Made by a program: the position numbers and the translations under genes. From contig NC_058382.1 of assembly GCF_018350175.1 (NCBI RefSeq), forward strand, positions 59,522,001 to 59,586,000: a stretch of DNA of 64,000 nucleotides. The letters are read 5' to 3'. The notes under the pieces were generated by a model that saw nothing but the letters and a program-made list of their open reading frames with translations, was not told the DNA's origin and did no database searches. Source of the stretch: Felis catus (taxonomy: Eukaryota). Shown here one piece after another: positions 25,757-39,115 of the stretch; positions within the stretch are counted from its first letter, which is position 1, and every line of letters begins with the position of its first letter.

Positions 25757-26949
25757 ACACACTTGTGATCTTTTAAAAACTGCCAAGGCCTCCTGCCATC
25801 TGGTCCCTACTACAACTCCTGTCATTGCCCCTCCTAAGCATGAGGCTCCTATGTAGACAGAATGCTCCAGACTCTGTCCTGGGCAGGCCCACATTGTGCA
25901 CCTGTGCCTGTACACTCTGTCCTCACCCTTCGTCGCCAGGATAACTGAACTCGCCTTCAAGTCTCAGCTCAGACCACCTTCTCCCAGTAACCTTCCCTGA
26001 CTTCAAGACCAGGCTGGCATGCCTTGTCTTCTCTTAGTTTCCTCCAAAAGCAGAGCCTGAGGCAAGGATTGACTGCACATGCTTTACTGAGAGGTGATCC
26101 AGGGGGGCCTGTGAGGGAACAAGGAAGTGAGCAGAAGTGAGCAGCCAGGACAAAGCGCATTACCAAGGTGACCACGGAGGGCAGCGAGGTTCAGTCCCGC
26201 TAGGAGCTCCAGGAGACCTTACAGAACACCACTCAGAGCTGTCCCATCCAAGGGGGAGGAGGTTGGGTGTGCATTCACAACTCCCACCCATCACTTGCTG
26301 AGGGCTGCCCCCAGGGGCATCACTCCCCAGGACACCCAGTCTGCCTGCACGGCTCCCGCAGCCAGAGAGACCCCAGTCAGGGACTGCTGGTCCCTGGGGC
26401 AACATGGGAATGTGGACAGGATGCCAAGAGCAACTCTGGCACCCCCACCCCCATGCTCATTATGCAACTATCCCTGTGTTACAATATCCCATCAGCCAAA
26501 GGGCAGCCTGGGGGTTGGGCACATCTTCCTACAATCGCTCCGACCATGCCTGACAGTAGTAACACCGACAGATATTTGCTGTTGAGTGAATGATGCCCAA
26601 GGGCCAGTGAAGATGTGCCCAGGAGAACACCGCTCTGCCCCTGGGGGAAGCCTGGAGGCCCTCCAGGATGACCTATGCTCACAGGGAAGGGTGTGCCCTA
26701 AATGCCCCACAGGGCCAGTCCCTGGCCCCAACAGGAGCCTGGTCATGCTCTGTCCTCTTCAGACTAGATCCCCATCTCTTCCTGCCATCACTAAGGTGGA
26801 CACCCCAGTCCACACGTGCCCGAGTCTACTTACTGTGGGAATCTGTCCCTTCTTTCCTGCCACACAGACCAGCTCAGGGTGGGGGGTTCAGTGGGTCCCA
26901 CTTTCCTCTCTGTGCATTTCTGTATTTTCAAAATCTTCCAAAGCAAACT

Positions 26950-28420
26950 GTACTGCTTTTTTAATTAAACTTTTATTTTGGATCATCATAGACTCACATG
27001 ACTGACAAGAAGTAATAAAGAGAGATCCCATGATACCCCTCATCCAGTCCGCCCCAGCTGAGAACATCTTACAAAACCATAGCATAACATCACAACCAAA
27101 ATATGACAAGAGTCAAGATACGGAATATTTCCATCACCACAAGAATGCCTCATGTTGTCCTTGGACAGTGGCACCTATTAGCCCTCCCCGAACCCCTGGA
27201 AACCACTAGTCTGTTCTCCGTTTCTATAATTTTATCATTTCAAAAATGGTTTATGGAACTGGATACCCACACACAAAGAGCACCATATACACACACCCCA
27301 CACCATATGCACGCGCCCACACCATAAACAAAAGTTACAAAACCAACTCAAAATAAATCAAACACCTGAATGTACAAGCTGAACCGTAAGTCTCTTATGA
27401 GAAATCATAGGTAATTTTTGTGACACTGGACTAAGTAGCAGGTTCTGACGTATGACCATCTGACCTAAAGCATAAGCAACCTAAGGAAACAGAAAAATGG
27501 ATTTCATTGAAATTAAAAACTTTTGGACTTCAAAGGACATCATCAAGAGAGGGAAAACCCTTGCAAATGATACACCTGATAAGGACCTACTACCTAGAGC
27601 ACATCCAGAACACAAACTCAACAACAGTGAAAAACAAAGGATGATCCAATTAAAACACAGGCAAGGAGTCTCCACAGACCTCTCTCCTAAGCAGACACGA
27701 ATGGCCAATGAGAACACGTAGAGACGCTCAATGTCACCAGTCATCGGCGCTCCACACCCACGGGGACGGCTATCACCCAAACAATGGACAGTAAGTAACA
27801 AGTGTCCGCAAGGGTGTGGAGAAATCCGAGTGTGTCGGCCTGGCCGGCAGGAATAAATAGGAAGCATGACAGTGCAGGGCCCCGCTGTGGAGGACTGCGG
27901 CAGCCCCACAGAGCACTGAACAGAGCTGCTGCTCCACCTGGCGTCCCCAGGTGCCCACCAGAGAGAAAGGAAAAGGTGACCACACGGAAACAAACATTCA
28001 GAGTAAAGCCGACAAGCGAAAACCACCCCAGGTCCATCCAGCCCCGCTGCATCCACATAACAGAACATCACTCAGCCAGAGAAGGACGCGGCATCCCCGG
28101 CTACAAGACACGTGCGCCCTGGAGACCCTGCACTGAGCGCAACATGCCGACGCAGAAGGCCCGCACATTACAGGCCTCTGTTCACGTGAAACATGCAGAA
28201 CAGGAAAAGTCGCAGAGTAGGTGAATGGCTGCCAGACGCTGGGAGGGAAGGGAGGGAGGAGTGATGGATCATACGTGCGGGGTTCTTTCTGGGGCGACGA
28301 CAAACGTCTAGAACTAGACAGTGGTGAGGGCTGCACCACCTCATAAATACACCAAAATCCACTGAATCATCATACTTTAAAAGGTGCAATCTATGGGATG
28401 TGAGTGATATCTCAGTTTAA
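26950..28420. mobile_element. Old L1M fragments (antisense ~26950-27250; sense ~27330-28420)
   Basis: aattaaaaacttttg..tcaaaggacatcatcaagaga, and 3' end ccactgaat..tactttaaaagg. Confidence 0.7.
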
Positions 28421-28636
28421 AAACTCAACTCCTATAATTCTACACTACTTAAAGCATGAGCCACCCTAAAGCGGTGCTAAAGCCACTTCCCGGCCCTCAT
28501 CTGGTGGGCCCGCTGGCCAGGGTAGAGGCGGCCTCCCTCCCACAGGGACCCAAAATGGAGAACAGCCCCTCCCCCACAAAGGAGAACCGGATGCCCTCGT
28601 TCAAGAAGGGGCCACTGTGGAGTCTCACAAATAACA

Positions 28637-28642
28637 TTTATT
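28637..28642 (-). terminator. C16orf95 polyadenylation signal AATAAA
   Basis: Plus-strand tttatt ~180 nt downstream of the stop codon. Confidence 0.7.
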
Positions 28643-28818
28643 GGCTGCATTCAGGGTCTCACCAGCATCCCCAGCCTCCCGGATGATAAGCAGCTTGGAT
28701 TCAACCCTGGGTGTGAATTATATGACCTGAGACAATGCGGGCCATCACAGACTCCTCCTGACTTGATTACAATTGACATGTCCGCGGATGTTCTCAACAG
28801 TAGCTGAAGATTCCAAGT

Positions 28819-28837
28819 TCAAACCCAAAACAACTGG
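28819..28837 (-). CDS. C16orf95: C16orf95 last coding exon (19 nt CDS, stop TGA)
   Basis: Acceptor tttctctttgctttccag|C CAG TTG TTT TGG GTT TGA = (R)QLFWV*. Phase matches exon 6, and an AATAAA follows ~180 nt later. Confidence 0.8.
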
Positions 28838-30027
28838 CTGGAAAGCAAAGAGAAAGGCAGTTACTAGGAACAGTGGCCCACGCTGAGCCCACAGTGCCTG
28901 GGCAGGACCTGTAAGGAAGCCTCCATGGGCTGGAAGGCAGGGACACCCTCACAGCAGAGGGAGGGGTGCCATTCAGATCACTGGTGCACTTGGTTCCCAA
29001 GGAGCCCAGGCAGGAAAGGGTGCAGCGAGGTGATGCCAGGATACCTTGTAGCCGCGAGCCCTGGGGTGGATGGGCACTCGGCCCCCAGAGCCCACTCTCT
29101 CCCTTGGGTGGGAAAGGGAAGTCCAGCATCGCAGAGCTATGCACGGAAGCCAATGCAAGGAGGCTGTGGCAGCCCCGTCTCGAAGGGACCTGCCTGTCAG
29201 TCACAGCCCTTCCAGGGTCCCTGCTGGGAAGGCCCCATGCTCCCCTTCTCCCGAGGCCTCCACAGCAAACCTCTGCCAGGCCAGCTCACGGGTAGCCGGC
29301 AGCTTCTCCTGAGATAAGCCACTCATGTAGTCTGTGGGGATCTCCCAGGGCACCCCACAGACACCCCGGCCAGACAAGATACTTCTCCCGAACAGCTGGC
29401 TGGGACCTGTGCCCCTGCCCTAAGAGCCTGGTTCAGAGGCAAACGCCTCCTACAACACCTTCAGCACATCCCCTTGAGCCTGCCCTGCCCATCCACCTCA
29501 CTCGTCATCTACACCCAAGCTTCCTTCTTTGCTCTTCCCAGAGCGGGCACGGGGGAGCCCTACCTACTTTGATGTCACGTTGGCAAAGATTAAAAAAGAA
29601 ACAAATCTTTGCGAAAAGCAAAGAAGAAACCATGGCACGATGTCAGGAGCCCTACTCGTGTTCACCGATCACACAAAGCTCACGGACCCCTGCCCCAGCC
29701 CCCTTCCCGAGAGCACTTGACCCACAAAGGATGCAACCCACGTCTGGGCAGGCGCTTGTTTGAAGATGTGCCCCGTGGCATCATTTGTAACCACAAGGGC
29801 AGAGGCAACACCAGGGCCCAACACCAGGGGAGCGGGCCTACAGGATGCGGGGGGAGGGCCTTCCACCTCTGGCCAGGACGGGAGACAGAGAGCTAACCTC
29901 CTATGAACAACCAGAAAACTGGACAGAAGACACTTACAACCGTGTCAGATACTGGACATTTTCTAGAATATTCCTCTTACATGGAGAAGACAGACGAGCA
30001 AAGAGCCAACAAGTCAACATATGTAGG

Positions 30028-30245
30028 TTTTTTTTTTTTTTTCAACGTTTATTTATTTTTGGGACAGAGAGAGACAGAGCATGAACGGGGGAGGGACAGA
30101 GAGACAGGGAGACACAGAATCGGAAACAGGCTCCAGGCTCTGAGCCATCAGCCCAGAGCCTGATGCGGGGCTCGAACTCGCGGACCACAAGATCGTGACC
30201 TGGCTGAAGTCGGACGCTTAACTGACTGTGCCACCCAGGCGCCCC
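30028..30245 (-). mobile_element. Young SINEC_Fc in C16orf95 intron 6
   Basis: Perfect TSD aacatatgtaggttt at 30016-30030 and 30247-30261. Confidence 0.95.
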
Positions 30246-30985
30246 AAACATATGTAGGTTTGAACTGCACACACTGACATGCTGCCACAGCTTTGCAGAT
30301 CTTCTATTCACACGTGTGTGGGCACCTGCACGGATGTACACAGGTGTGATGGAAGAGCCTGCGTGGGAAGGTAAACGGAGATGGGGGGGGAGCTATTTCA
30401 GAGACTAAAGGAAGCAGCCCCTTCCTGTCCGCTCGGGGAGGTGTCATCCTGGAGGCCTCATGGGGGAGGAACTGGGTGGGGTTCTAGGTGACAAACGCAA
30501 GGCCTGCGTGCGGCTAGTGGGTTCGAGGTTGGGGAGAGGGCTTCCCAAAATGGAGCCTCGATGGATGGGCCTGGGCTGGGGGAGAGGCCGCAGGTCCCCA
30601 GACCTGAAGGGGTGCTTCTACCCCAGAGGGCTGGCTGGGCGAGTGGGCTCCAAGGTCCACTTGCAACCCTGACAGGACAGAGATGTGCGCAAGCTAGAAC
30701 CAGTGGCAGGCTGCCACAGGACTTGGGAACAGGGAAGAGCCCCGAGGTGCCCAGCCCCCCGCCGTCAGCTGTGACGCACCTGGACTGCCGTTCCATCAAG
30801 TGTGTGGTGTGGACGGTAGGAGCAGCAGCGTGGTAATCCCACCACCCCATTCCTCACCCTCTCACGGAACCACAGCCAAGGTCTCCCACATCCTCGGTTC
30901 AACTGATCCCGAGGCCGCCGACCGAAACAGCCCGGGAGGGAGACGGGCCCAGGACCCCCAGTGCCCCCACCCTGTGCCTGCTCAC

Positions 30986-31196
30986 CGAATGGCCACCACG
31001 ACCCTCACGATGGCCTGCAGCAGGGTGAGGAGGCTGAGGCTGAGGGGCAGGATGGGGGCCGGGGGGCTCTCTCCCCTCCCCGGGGCCGGTGGCTCCTGGT
31101 GGTGAAGGGCCTGGAGCTGCCGCCACTTGAGGAAGAGGCTCCCATCACAGCAGACCCGCCAGCGGTGGTACCGGGAGCGCGAGTCCAGCAGGGATT
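30986..31196 (-). CDS. C16orf95: C16orf95 exon 6, 211 nt
   Basis: Acceptor ctttctcgcctag|AA, donor CG|gtgagc. Translates (E)SLLDSRSRYHRWRVCCDGSLFLKWRQLQALHHQEPPAPGRGESPPAPILPLSLSLLTLLQAIVRVVVAI(R). Confidence 0.87.
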
Positions 31197-31988
31197 CTAG
31201 GCGAGAAAGCGAGTCAGGCCCAGGGCAGCGTGAAGATGGCCCGCCGCGTCTGCACACCGTTTGCAGGAGAACCCTCTGGAACCGAGGGCAGGGACTCCAG
31301 GTGCCCCAGCAAGGCTGGTCCCAGCCCCATGAGTGTGGACGCTGACCGACACTCATGGAGGTGAAGGGGACCGTGCCGTTCACTTCTTTCGGGGCTGACC
31401 GTGGGGCTCCTGCCGGCGTTTCTGGAGTCTTTACCCCTCACGGCCACGTGAGGGCACGGTTATGGTTATGGACGAAAGGAGACAGAATCCAGGTGGCATG
31501 TGCTTCACGTTAATCTTTGTTTTCAGAGGAAAACAAGTGGTGAAGCCCAGATGAAACCAGACTGGCAAGAGGCTCATAATGACTGCAACTCAGCAATGGA
31601 AACATGGGCTGTGTCTGAGTGTCTGAATCCATGACCCCAAGCAGGGCTCCTGGGCTGCTGTTGCCCCAACGTGAGCTTTTCTGAGACCTGCTTTGGTCAT
31701 CCTGTGACCCTCCTGATGTCACATCTTGTTTATGGTTTATCACACTACTGACATGCTACTACAAATTACACTTTATTTATATGCTATAATGTATCTATAT
31801 ACGCTACATTACTACTGTAACTATACTAAAATGTAAAAGCATGATTAATATAAAATACAATAAATGTGTTTTCTTTGTTAAAAAATCCTACCACAAAAGC
31901 ATGGAGAAGAACACCAGAGGAGCCCCCTCTTTACAAGGAAAACACAAGAAGAGAAAGGCAGACTTTCTCTTTAAAATGGAAATAATCC

Positions 31989-32219
31989 GGGGGCGCTTGG
32001 GTGGCGCAGTCGGTTGGGCGTCCGACTTCAGCCAGGTCACGGTCTCGCAGTCCGTGAGTCGAGCCCCGCGTCGGGCTCTGGGCTGATGGCTCACAGCCTG
32101 GAGCCTGTTTCTGATTCTGTGTCTCCCTCTCTCTCTGCCCCTCCCCCGTTCATGCTCTGTCTCTCTCTGTCCCAAAAAATAAAATAAACGTTGAAAAAAA
32201 AAAATTTTTTTTTTAAAAA
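31989..32219 (+). mobile_element. Young SINEC_Fc in C16orf95 intron 5
   Basis: TSD aaaat(g/a)gaaataatccgg at 31973-31990 and 32216-32233. Confidence 0.95.
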
Positions 32220-33069
32220 TAGAAATAATCCGGATTTGACGCCAAGGGAAATATTTTTAAATCACTGTATATGAAGCTCAAGGGGCAACAGATCCCGCCT
32301 GTCCCGGCACCGGTGGGACCCGTGTTCTCAATCCTGTCCTGGGACCGGTGGGACCCGGGCTCTCAATCCTGTCCTGGGAACACCCTCTGGCCTGAATGGG
32401 TTTAAGGCTTGGCACAAGATCCCTATAAACTGCCTGAACTGTCAACAATGACTGGACTAAAATACTGGTTTTTGAAAACATATCAAATTGATGCATGATT
32501 CAACAATAAACAGCTTTTAGCTATTCTTGAAGATGCCAAGTATTCACAGCCAAAAACAACCAATAAGAATAAACCCATAAACATGTGATTATACAGTTAA
32601 AAGAGCACTTTCTCAAACTGTTCTTGTCCTGCTACTGTGGGTTTTCTTTCATAAAGTGATTTCTGGCTCTTCTCCCTGAAACTTGAACCACTGTATCGCT
32701 TGCTCTTGGTTCTTTACCTGTCTTCCTGCCCCCCCCCCCCGCCGTGTGTTACGCGCAACTCAGCCTAGACACACACCACCTAACCCTTGTCCTCACCCAA
32801 ACAGGGCTTTAGCTTTTCAAATGCACACACTTGGGGTCCTACAGCGTGGACTGCAGCAACTTAGTTTCTCCACACAGCCACGTGCCTGGGGGCCCCTCCC
32901 ATCACGCCACAGGCTCTCCGTGGCAGGTGCCACATTTCAAATATACCCCCTGCTTTTATGTCCATCCTCCTACTGAGAGACACTTCAGCTGCTTTGGATA
33001 CCTTGCCGAGGACAGACATGCGGTGGGGGTGTCTACGAGACATCACCCAGACGTGGGCTCGCTGGACTA

Positions 33070-33402
33070 GAGAACATGTGCATCACAAAGCTGACGGATG
33101 GGAGGAATGGGGAGTCAAAAAGTACGAACTTCTAGTAATAACATAAGTAAGTCCTGGGGATCCAATCTACAGCATCATGAGTACAGTTGGTAATACTTCA
33201 CTGCATATTTGTAAGTTGCTAAGAAAATAGATCTTAAAAGTTCTCATCACAAGAAAAGAAATCTGTAACTGTGTGAGGTGACAGATGTTAACTAGACTTC
33301 TTGTGTTGGCTATTTCACAATATATTTAAATACCAAATTGTTACGCTGCGCTCCTGAAATGAATATAATGTTATGTGTCAATTATACCTCAATAAAAAAT
33401 AA
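33070..33402 (+). mobile_element. L1MA9-like 3' end
   Basis: ataagtcctgggga..tacagcat, gttgctaagaaaatagatcttaaaagttctcatcacaagaaaa, tgtcaattatacctcaataaaa. Confidence 0.8.
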
Positions 33403-34502
33403 TTTGATAGAGGCCCACACAAAAGCTGTGTAGATTTGTGCCGCTCCTAATCGTGTTACTTTTATTACCAGGGAAGACATGTATTTCTGTAGCGTTAAGA
33501 GGTGGGTGTGCTGGCTGGTGGCCACTCATCCTGGCACTCTCCCAGCCAGACCTGTGCCCCTGGGCTCTGGCAGGCTGCTCAGATCGCCTGCCCATCCCAA
33601 GAACCCAGCCCCAGCCCGGCATCCATCCATTCCCTCCTGCACAGATTGTGGCCAGGGTGCTCCCACGCAGAGCAGAGCAGGGGCACGGCTGGGCACGGGG
33701 AGGACCTGATACAAGCCACAAAGCGTGCCTGCTGCTTCGCGCCCGGGCAACACGGAGGAGGCATACATGTTAGCCGTCAGCGCCGGAAAACACCTTCCAG
33801 AAAAATCCAGCCCACTTGTTTGAGGGACAAAGAATGTACTGGTGGGGATGGAGATGCCGTCTCCTCGTGTGCTGAAGGGAATGAATGACACAGCGGGTCA
33901 CAAACACACAAATATATGCACACGCCCCGTTGCGAGTATCTACTGCATCATGAACAGATGAGTACGTGGCACGTACTACAGCCTCCATAAATGTGTGACG
34001 ATACACGCACTAGGTCTCAAATATACAAATGTATAAACACACCGCAAGAGGAATACATGTCTAAATATCACGTCATGAGCATATGGTGTGTCCGGCACAT
34101 GGAAATGGAGGTACAGGCGCCACGTCGTTAATAAATACGTATAGTAGTCGCGCGTACACGTATGTATGTGTGTATATACCCACCCGCCCCCCACACACTA
34201 CGTCATGAACCACAGAGGTTAGAGCTTAAAAGAAAATACGCTTCAGATACCATCTAACTCCAGGATGCAAACTGGCTGCATCTTGATGGACTGATAGAGT
34301 CTAAGGCTCCCTGGGTTCGGTGGGAAATGGGGGGTGACTAGCGATGTCTGGCAAGAGAAGGGGGCGAAAAGGCGGAGTGTATGCCACACAGCCATGTCTG
34401 TTTTACAGACGTGGGGAGGAGAGAAGCCTCCCCATCCCCACCATAAGACCCCCGCCTCCCTTGGGGAGCGGGAGGGGATGAGACGCACGTACGCGTTGTT
34501 AC

Positions 34503-34539
34503 CTTGCATGCCTTTAAAACTCTGCTGCCTTTTCACCAC
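34503..34539 (-). CDS. C16orf95: C16orf95 exon 5, 37 nt
   Basis: Acceptor ttcttttcttttag|GTG, donor AAG|gtaaca. Translates VVKRQQSFKGMQ+G. Phase 1 end fits exon 6. Confidence 0.85.
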
Positions 34540-35309
34540 CTAAAAGAAAAGAATGTGGGCAAATGTATCAGCCCTGGCCTGGTGATCTACCAGAAGGGTG
34601 GGCCCAGTGATGTGGCCTAGAAACCAGGAAAGGGCTGTGAGCAGCTCAGGACGCAAGCCAGCTCAGGTCACAGCTTCAGGACCAAGCTCAGGTCTCCTTT
34701 TAAAAGGCCTTTGAGTCTGAATTCTAGGGACAGTTTGCTATTTGATGACAGCAAACCAGCAACTGGAAAGTGGGTGGAGGCAGAAAGGAAGCTTCTGCTG
34801 ACCACCCAGGGCACCTGAAATGCCGTGGGGCTGAGGACTGGGCCTGGCCAACCACCCCAGCAGGGGCTGGCCTGGAACCCAGAGCCCGGAGAGGGCCAGA
34901 TAGAGCTGAAGAGTGAGGACAGAAACTCAGAACAATGGTCCTTCCCGGCTCCTCCATCCGCCTGCTGGGATGCCCACAGAGCTGGAGCAGGAGGTGAGGC
35001 CAGGTGAGGGAGGGGGAGGAGGGGCAAGAGAGGAGGAGGGCAGGAGAGGCGGCAGGAAAGATGGCAGCAGCAATGCTGTCCCCTTCAGAGGGCAGCGTGA
35101 CCCGCCCTCTGGGCACCCCCCCAGGACACGGAGCCTGCCCCTCCCCTGCACACACACCCCCCCCCCCCTCCCGCCTGCACTCTGCTGCCTTTGCTGTGCC
35201 TTCCAGGAGACCCTGGATGAACGGAGGTCACTGTGGGGAGAAAACCCGGTACCCTCCACCCCATCTCCGGGTCCCTCTCGGGCCTCACTGCCATGAGCCT
35301 CCCTCTTAC

Positions 35310-35456
35310 CTTCGTGTGAGGCCTCAGGACCTGGGGCACCCAGTAGGGCATCACAGCCTGATCCCTAGGCATCGGGAGGCGGCCCCCAAAACGGTGGCAT
35401 GGGCAGGGGCATGCCTTGGTGGTTTTGGGGGTATAAAACTGGACCATCTTTGGGAT
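35310..35456 (-). CDS. C16orf95: C16orf95 exon 4, 147 nt, phase 0-0
   Basis: Acceptor cctctctgttag|ATC, donor AAG|gtaaga. Translates IPKMVQFYTPKTTKACPCPCHRFGGRLPMPRDQAVMPYWVPQVLRPHTK. Confidence 0.92.
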
Positions 35457-37524
35457 CTAACAGAGAGGAAGGGAAGACAAGGTCCAAAGGGATAGTGCCC
35501 CAGAAACCTTCACGCTGGAACAGGGCCCTGGGAAGTTCTTCTTCTGTACCCTCACACAAGCACACCCCAACCACCCAGCCGAGGGAGCACAGTCCCAGGG
35601 GACCGCCTGCATCTCTGCAGTGCCACGACGCAGGGTGCCACGGCGGGACATGTGGGCTGCAGTCAGGAGGCATGGCTCTGCCCTGAGCTCAGAGGCCACC
35701 AGGAGTGGCCCCTGGGCACAACATTTAGCCCCTCGGAACGTCAGCGGTCTTGGCTCTAAAGGGGGCTCTGCCAGATTTCTTAAAACATAGGTCAGAGTCC
35801 AAAACGGGACCGTGTCTGATTCAGCAATTCCACTCTCGGACACACGTGCGTCTGCAAAACGACGCTCTTAAAGGCGGCCGGCATCAGCACGAATGCCAAC
35901 AGCACGAATGCCATCTGTAAGGGACGATAAAGGTGGGACACGGGGACAGCAGGGAACGGGGCAGCCTTTGGAAAGAGTGAGGCGGACCTTCCCGTCCTGA
36001 CGTGAACGAGTGCAGAGAGGGGACGGTGAGTGAGACACGCAGCGTGCAGGCACAGCAGCTGCCGTGCGTGGTTTCCACGGAGAACCTGCGTGCCCTGCTG
36101 CCTGTGCCTGAGTTGTGGGGGGCCATGCCCTCACTGCGTTCTGCACCCTCCCACAGCCCTGCCCTTTGCCCTGCGACCCCAGTTCCTTGCAGCAGAGGGA
36201 CAGCGTGGAGCCCAGCCCTGGACCTCGGTCAGGCCCAGAGAACAAGAAGTGACAGCAGCGAGGGCCCGCACGCCAGCCCCAAGATCAGGGACAGGTGGGG
36301 CCGTGGTGCCCAGCAGAGCCCCTCGGACACCTGTGCAATGACAATGACTGCTGTTTCAACCCAGGCATTTGGGCATCGGTGACATGTCGCTTGTGAAGGA
36401 GCACACTCACAGCTCATCTGCAGGCCACGTGGGAAGCCTCGGAGAGGCACGGGCAGGGGGGCGTGATCTTCGCTGTACCCCTTTGTACCTCTGGAAGTCC
36501 CCACCATGTGCTCATGTCGCACATTATAAAAGACACTAAAACCTACCTCTGAGTGGACCCTGCCAACTTCCTGAGGCCACGGAGGGCCCCACAGAGCACG
36601 TGTGTGACGTGAGGCGAAGCACAGAGGACCCCGCAGGGGAGGGCTGAGGGGTCGCAGGCTCATCCAAAGGAGGAGACGGAACAGGTTCTGGAGAACCCCT
36701 CCCGCTTGCCACCAGGGTGCTGCCCAGCAGGACGAGCACACTCGGGACAGTTGTAACCACCCACCCCCCAGCATGCACCTGAGAGCCCTCCAGATGTGGA
36801 CAGCACAAACTCCCTGGGCAGACCCTGTGGGTGGCCCCTGCTGCGGTCATTCCGCACCACCCACCCCTTGTTAAAAGAACCCAACTTTGCTCAAGGGACC
36901 AAGTGCCCAGTCCCAAGGGACCAGCCTCAGCCAGGCAGGGCTTTGCCAGCAATGTGTCTGGGGGTGAGAACAAAGAGATCAAAGACAAGTTGGCTGGGGC
37001 TTCTGGGAATTTTTTACCCTGGATAAGAAAAGGGAACGAGACAGTAAGCCTTCCATGCACCCTCCCCGCCCCCCCGCCTCGAGAAAAGGAGGACATCATA
37101 AAGGCTTCCTTTGTGCCACATGTGTCATGGTGTAAGGAGGAGACCCATGGCCGCCATCTCAAAACACGCAAGCTGGAAGTACCAACACTAGGAGTAAAGG
37201 GTAAAAAGAATCTGGATCTTTAAACACATTATCCAGCCATAAAACCAATCCTAGAAGAATCCTCTCTCTACCAAAGACCCTGGTTGAACCCACTGTGGGT
37301 CAGCTCTCTGTTACTTGCACCTAACACCACCCCCTGCCGGAACAGGAGCCTGCTGGGTGCATGGAAAGGAGGCTGGAGCCTAGGGGGGTGGGGGTGGGGG
37401 GTGGGCAGCAAGGTCAGGAAGGACCCCAGGAACTCCATCAGGGACTTTGGTCCATACTCAGAAATGAGGGGCTATGGGGGAGCGACAGGACCAGATGTAC
37501 AGTTTTCAAAGCTCTTAGGTGGTG

Positions 37525-37650
37525 GGGGTGCCAGGGTGCCTCAGTCGGTTGAGCATCTAACTCTTGATTTCGATGGGGTCATGATCTCACAGTTTGTGGG
37601 ATCAACTCTTGTGTCTGGCTCCACACTGACAGCACAGAGCCTGCTTAGGA

Positions 37651-37703
<53 letters not shown>

Positions 37704-37765
37704 CCCCTCCATTTTCTCTCTCTCTCAAAATAAATTTAAAAACTTAGGAAAATAAATTATAAAAG
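37525..37765 (+). mobile_element. CanSINE with long (CT)n
   Basis: ggggtgccagggtgcctcagtcggttgag head, (CT)n ~37654-37700, TSD aaagctct. Confidence 0.88.
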
Positions 37766-39115
37766 CTCTCATGGGGCTTCAGATCAGAAAATGGACAGCC
37801 AGAGCTAGAACGGATGGAGGCAGGGAGATGAGCTGGAAGACAGGAGACAGGCTGGGCACCTTGGCCTCTGCACTCCTTCCACCCTGCTTAGGGCCACCTC
37901 CTCCCCGACACCCAGCAGCATAACTCAGTGGAGAGAGTCATGGACTCTAATCCCTCATCGGCTGCGGACTGACCCTGTGACCTTAGAAAAGCCCCTGTCC
38001 CTCTCTGGACCTCAGTTTTCCCATCCTTTAAAGGAGTACAATCATACCTACCCTGCCCAACTTTCAAATGATACAATGGCCAGCAGGAGGGACTGAGGCC
38101 ATCATCACTGCCTAGAACAATGTGACTCAGTGATCTTGAGGCCACTGACCTGTTTAAGAATCTACTGAAAAACAAGAAATGAGAGATGGCCTCACTACAG
38201 ATTCTACTGATATTACAAGGGTAATTAGAGAATATTATGAATAACATTATGCCAGTAAATTTGACAAGGATATAATGGACAGAATCCTTGAAGCTCACTA
38301 AGCAAGAGACAGATAACATAAATAACTCTATATCCATGAAAGAAATTGTTTGCAGTTAAAAACCCTCCCACAAAGAAACTTCTAGCCCCATATGGCTTCA
38401 CTGGTAAATCCCACCAAACCCTAAAGGAAGAAATAATACCAATTCCACACAGAGTCTTCCAGAAATTTGAAATGAGAGACTACGTCTCAACTTATTCTAT
38501 ATGGCCAGCATTACCCTAGTACAAAGGCAAACAAGGAAAAGGCAGATCAATATTCTAATCAAATTCTAACCAAATGTATCAGGAGAACAATACATCATGA
38601 TTACATGGGGTTTCTCCTACGAAACAGTTTAACTTTTGAAAGTCCATCAATGTAACAATATTAACAACCCCCCCAAAAAATTATCATTTCGATAGACATA
38701 GATAATACCCAACATTCATTCTGGATACAAACTCTGAGCAAATTAGGAATAGACAGGAACTTCCTCAGCCTGACACAGGGCATCTAAACCAACAGCTAAC
38801 ATCACACTTAATGGTGAAAACCCGAATGCTGTTCCCCTAAGATGAGGAAGAAAACAAGGGTGTCTTGTCTCCCCACTGCGTGCATCAATGTACTAGAAGT
38901 TCTAGTCAGGGGATAAGGCAAGAAAAAGAAATAAAAGACATCAAAACTGGACAGGAAGGAAGGAAATCCTCTCTCTCTGCAGATGGCATGATCTTCTACG
39001 TAGAAAATCTGAATCTACAAAAAGATCCACTAGAATAGAGGAGGTAATGCAATATTGTGGGATACAAGATCAAAACACAAAAGTCAGTAGTATCCTTAAA
39101 AAGTAGCAATGAGGC

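Noticed and set aside
32309..32378. ~35 bp two-copy tandem duplication (accggtgggacccg..tctcaatcctgtcctggg)
   Set aside because: Simple local duplication in an intron with no sign of function.
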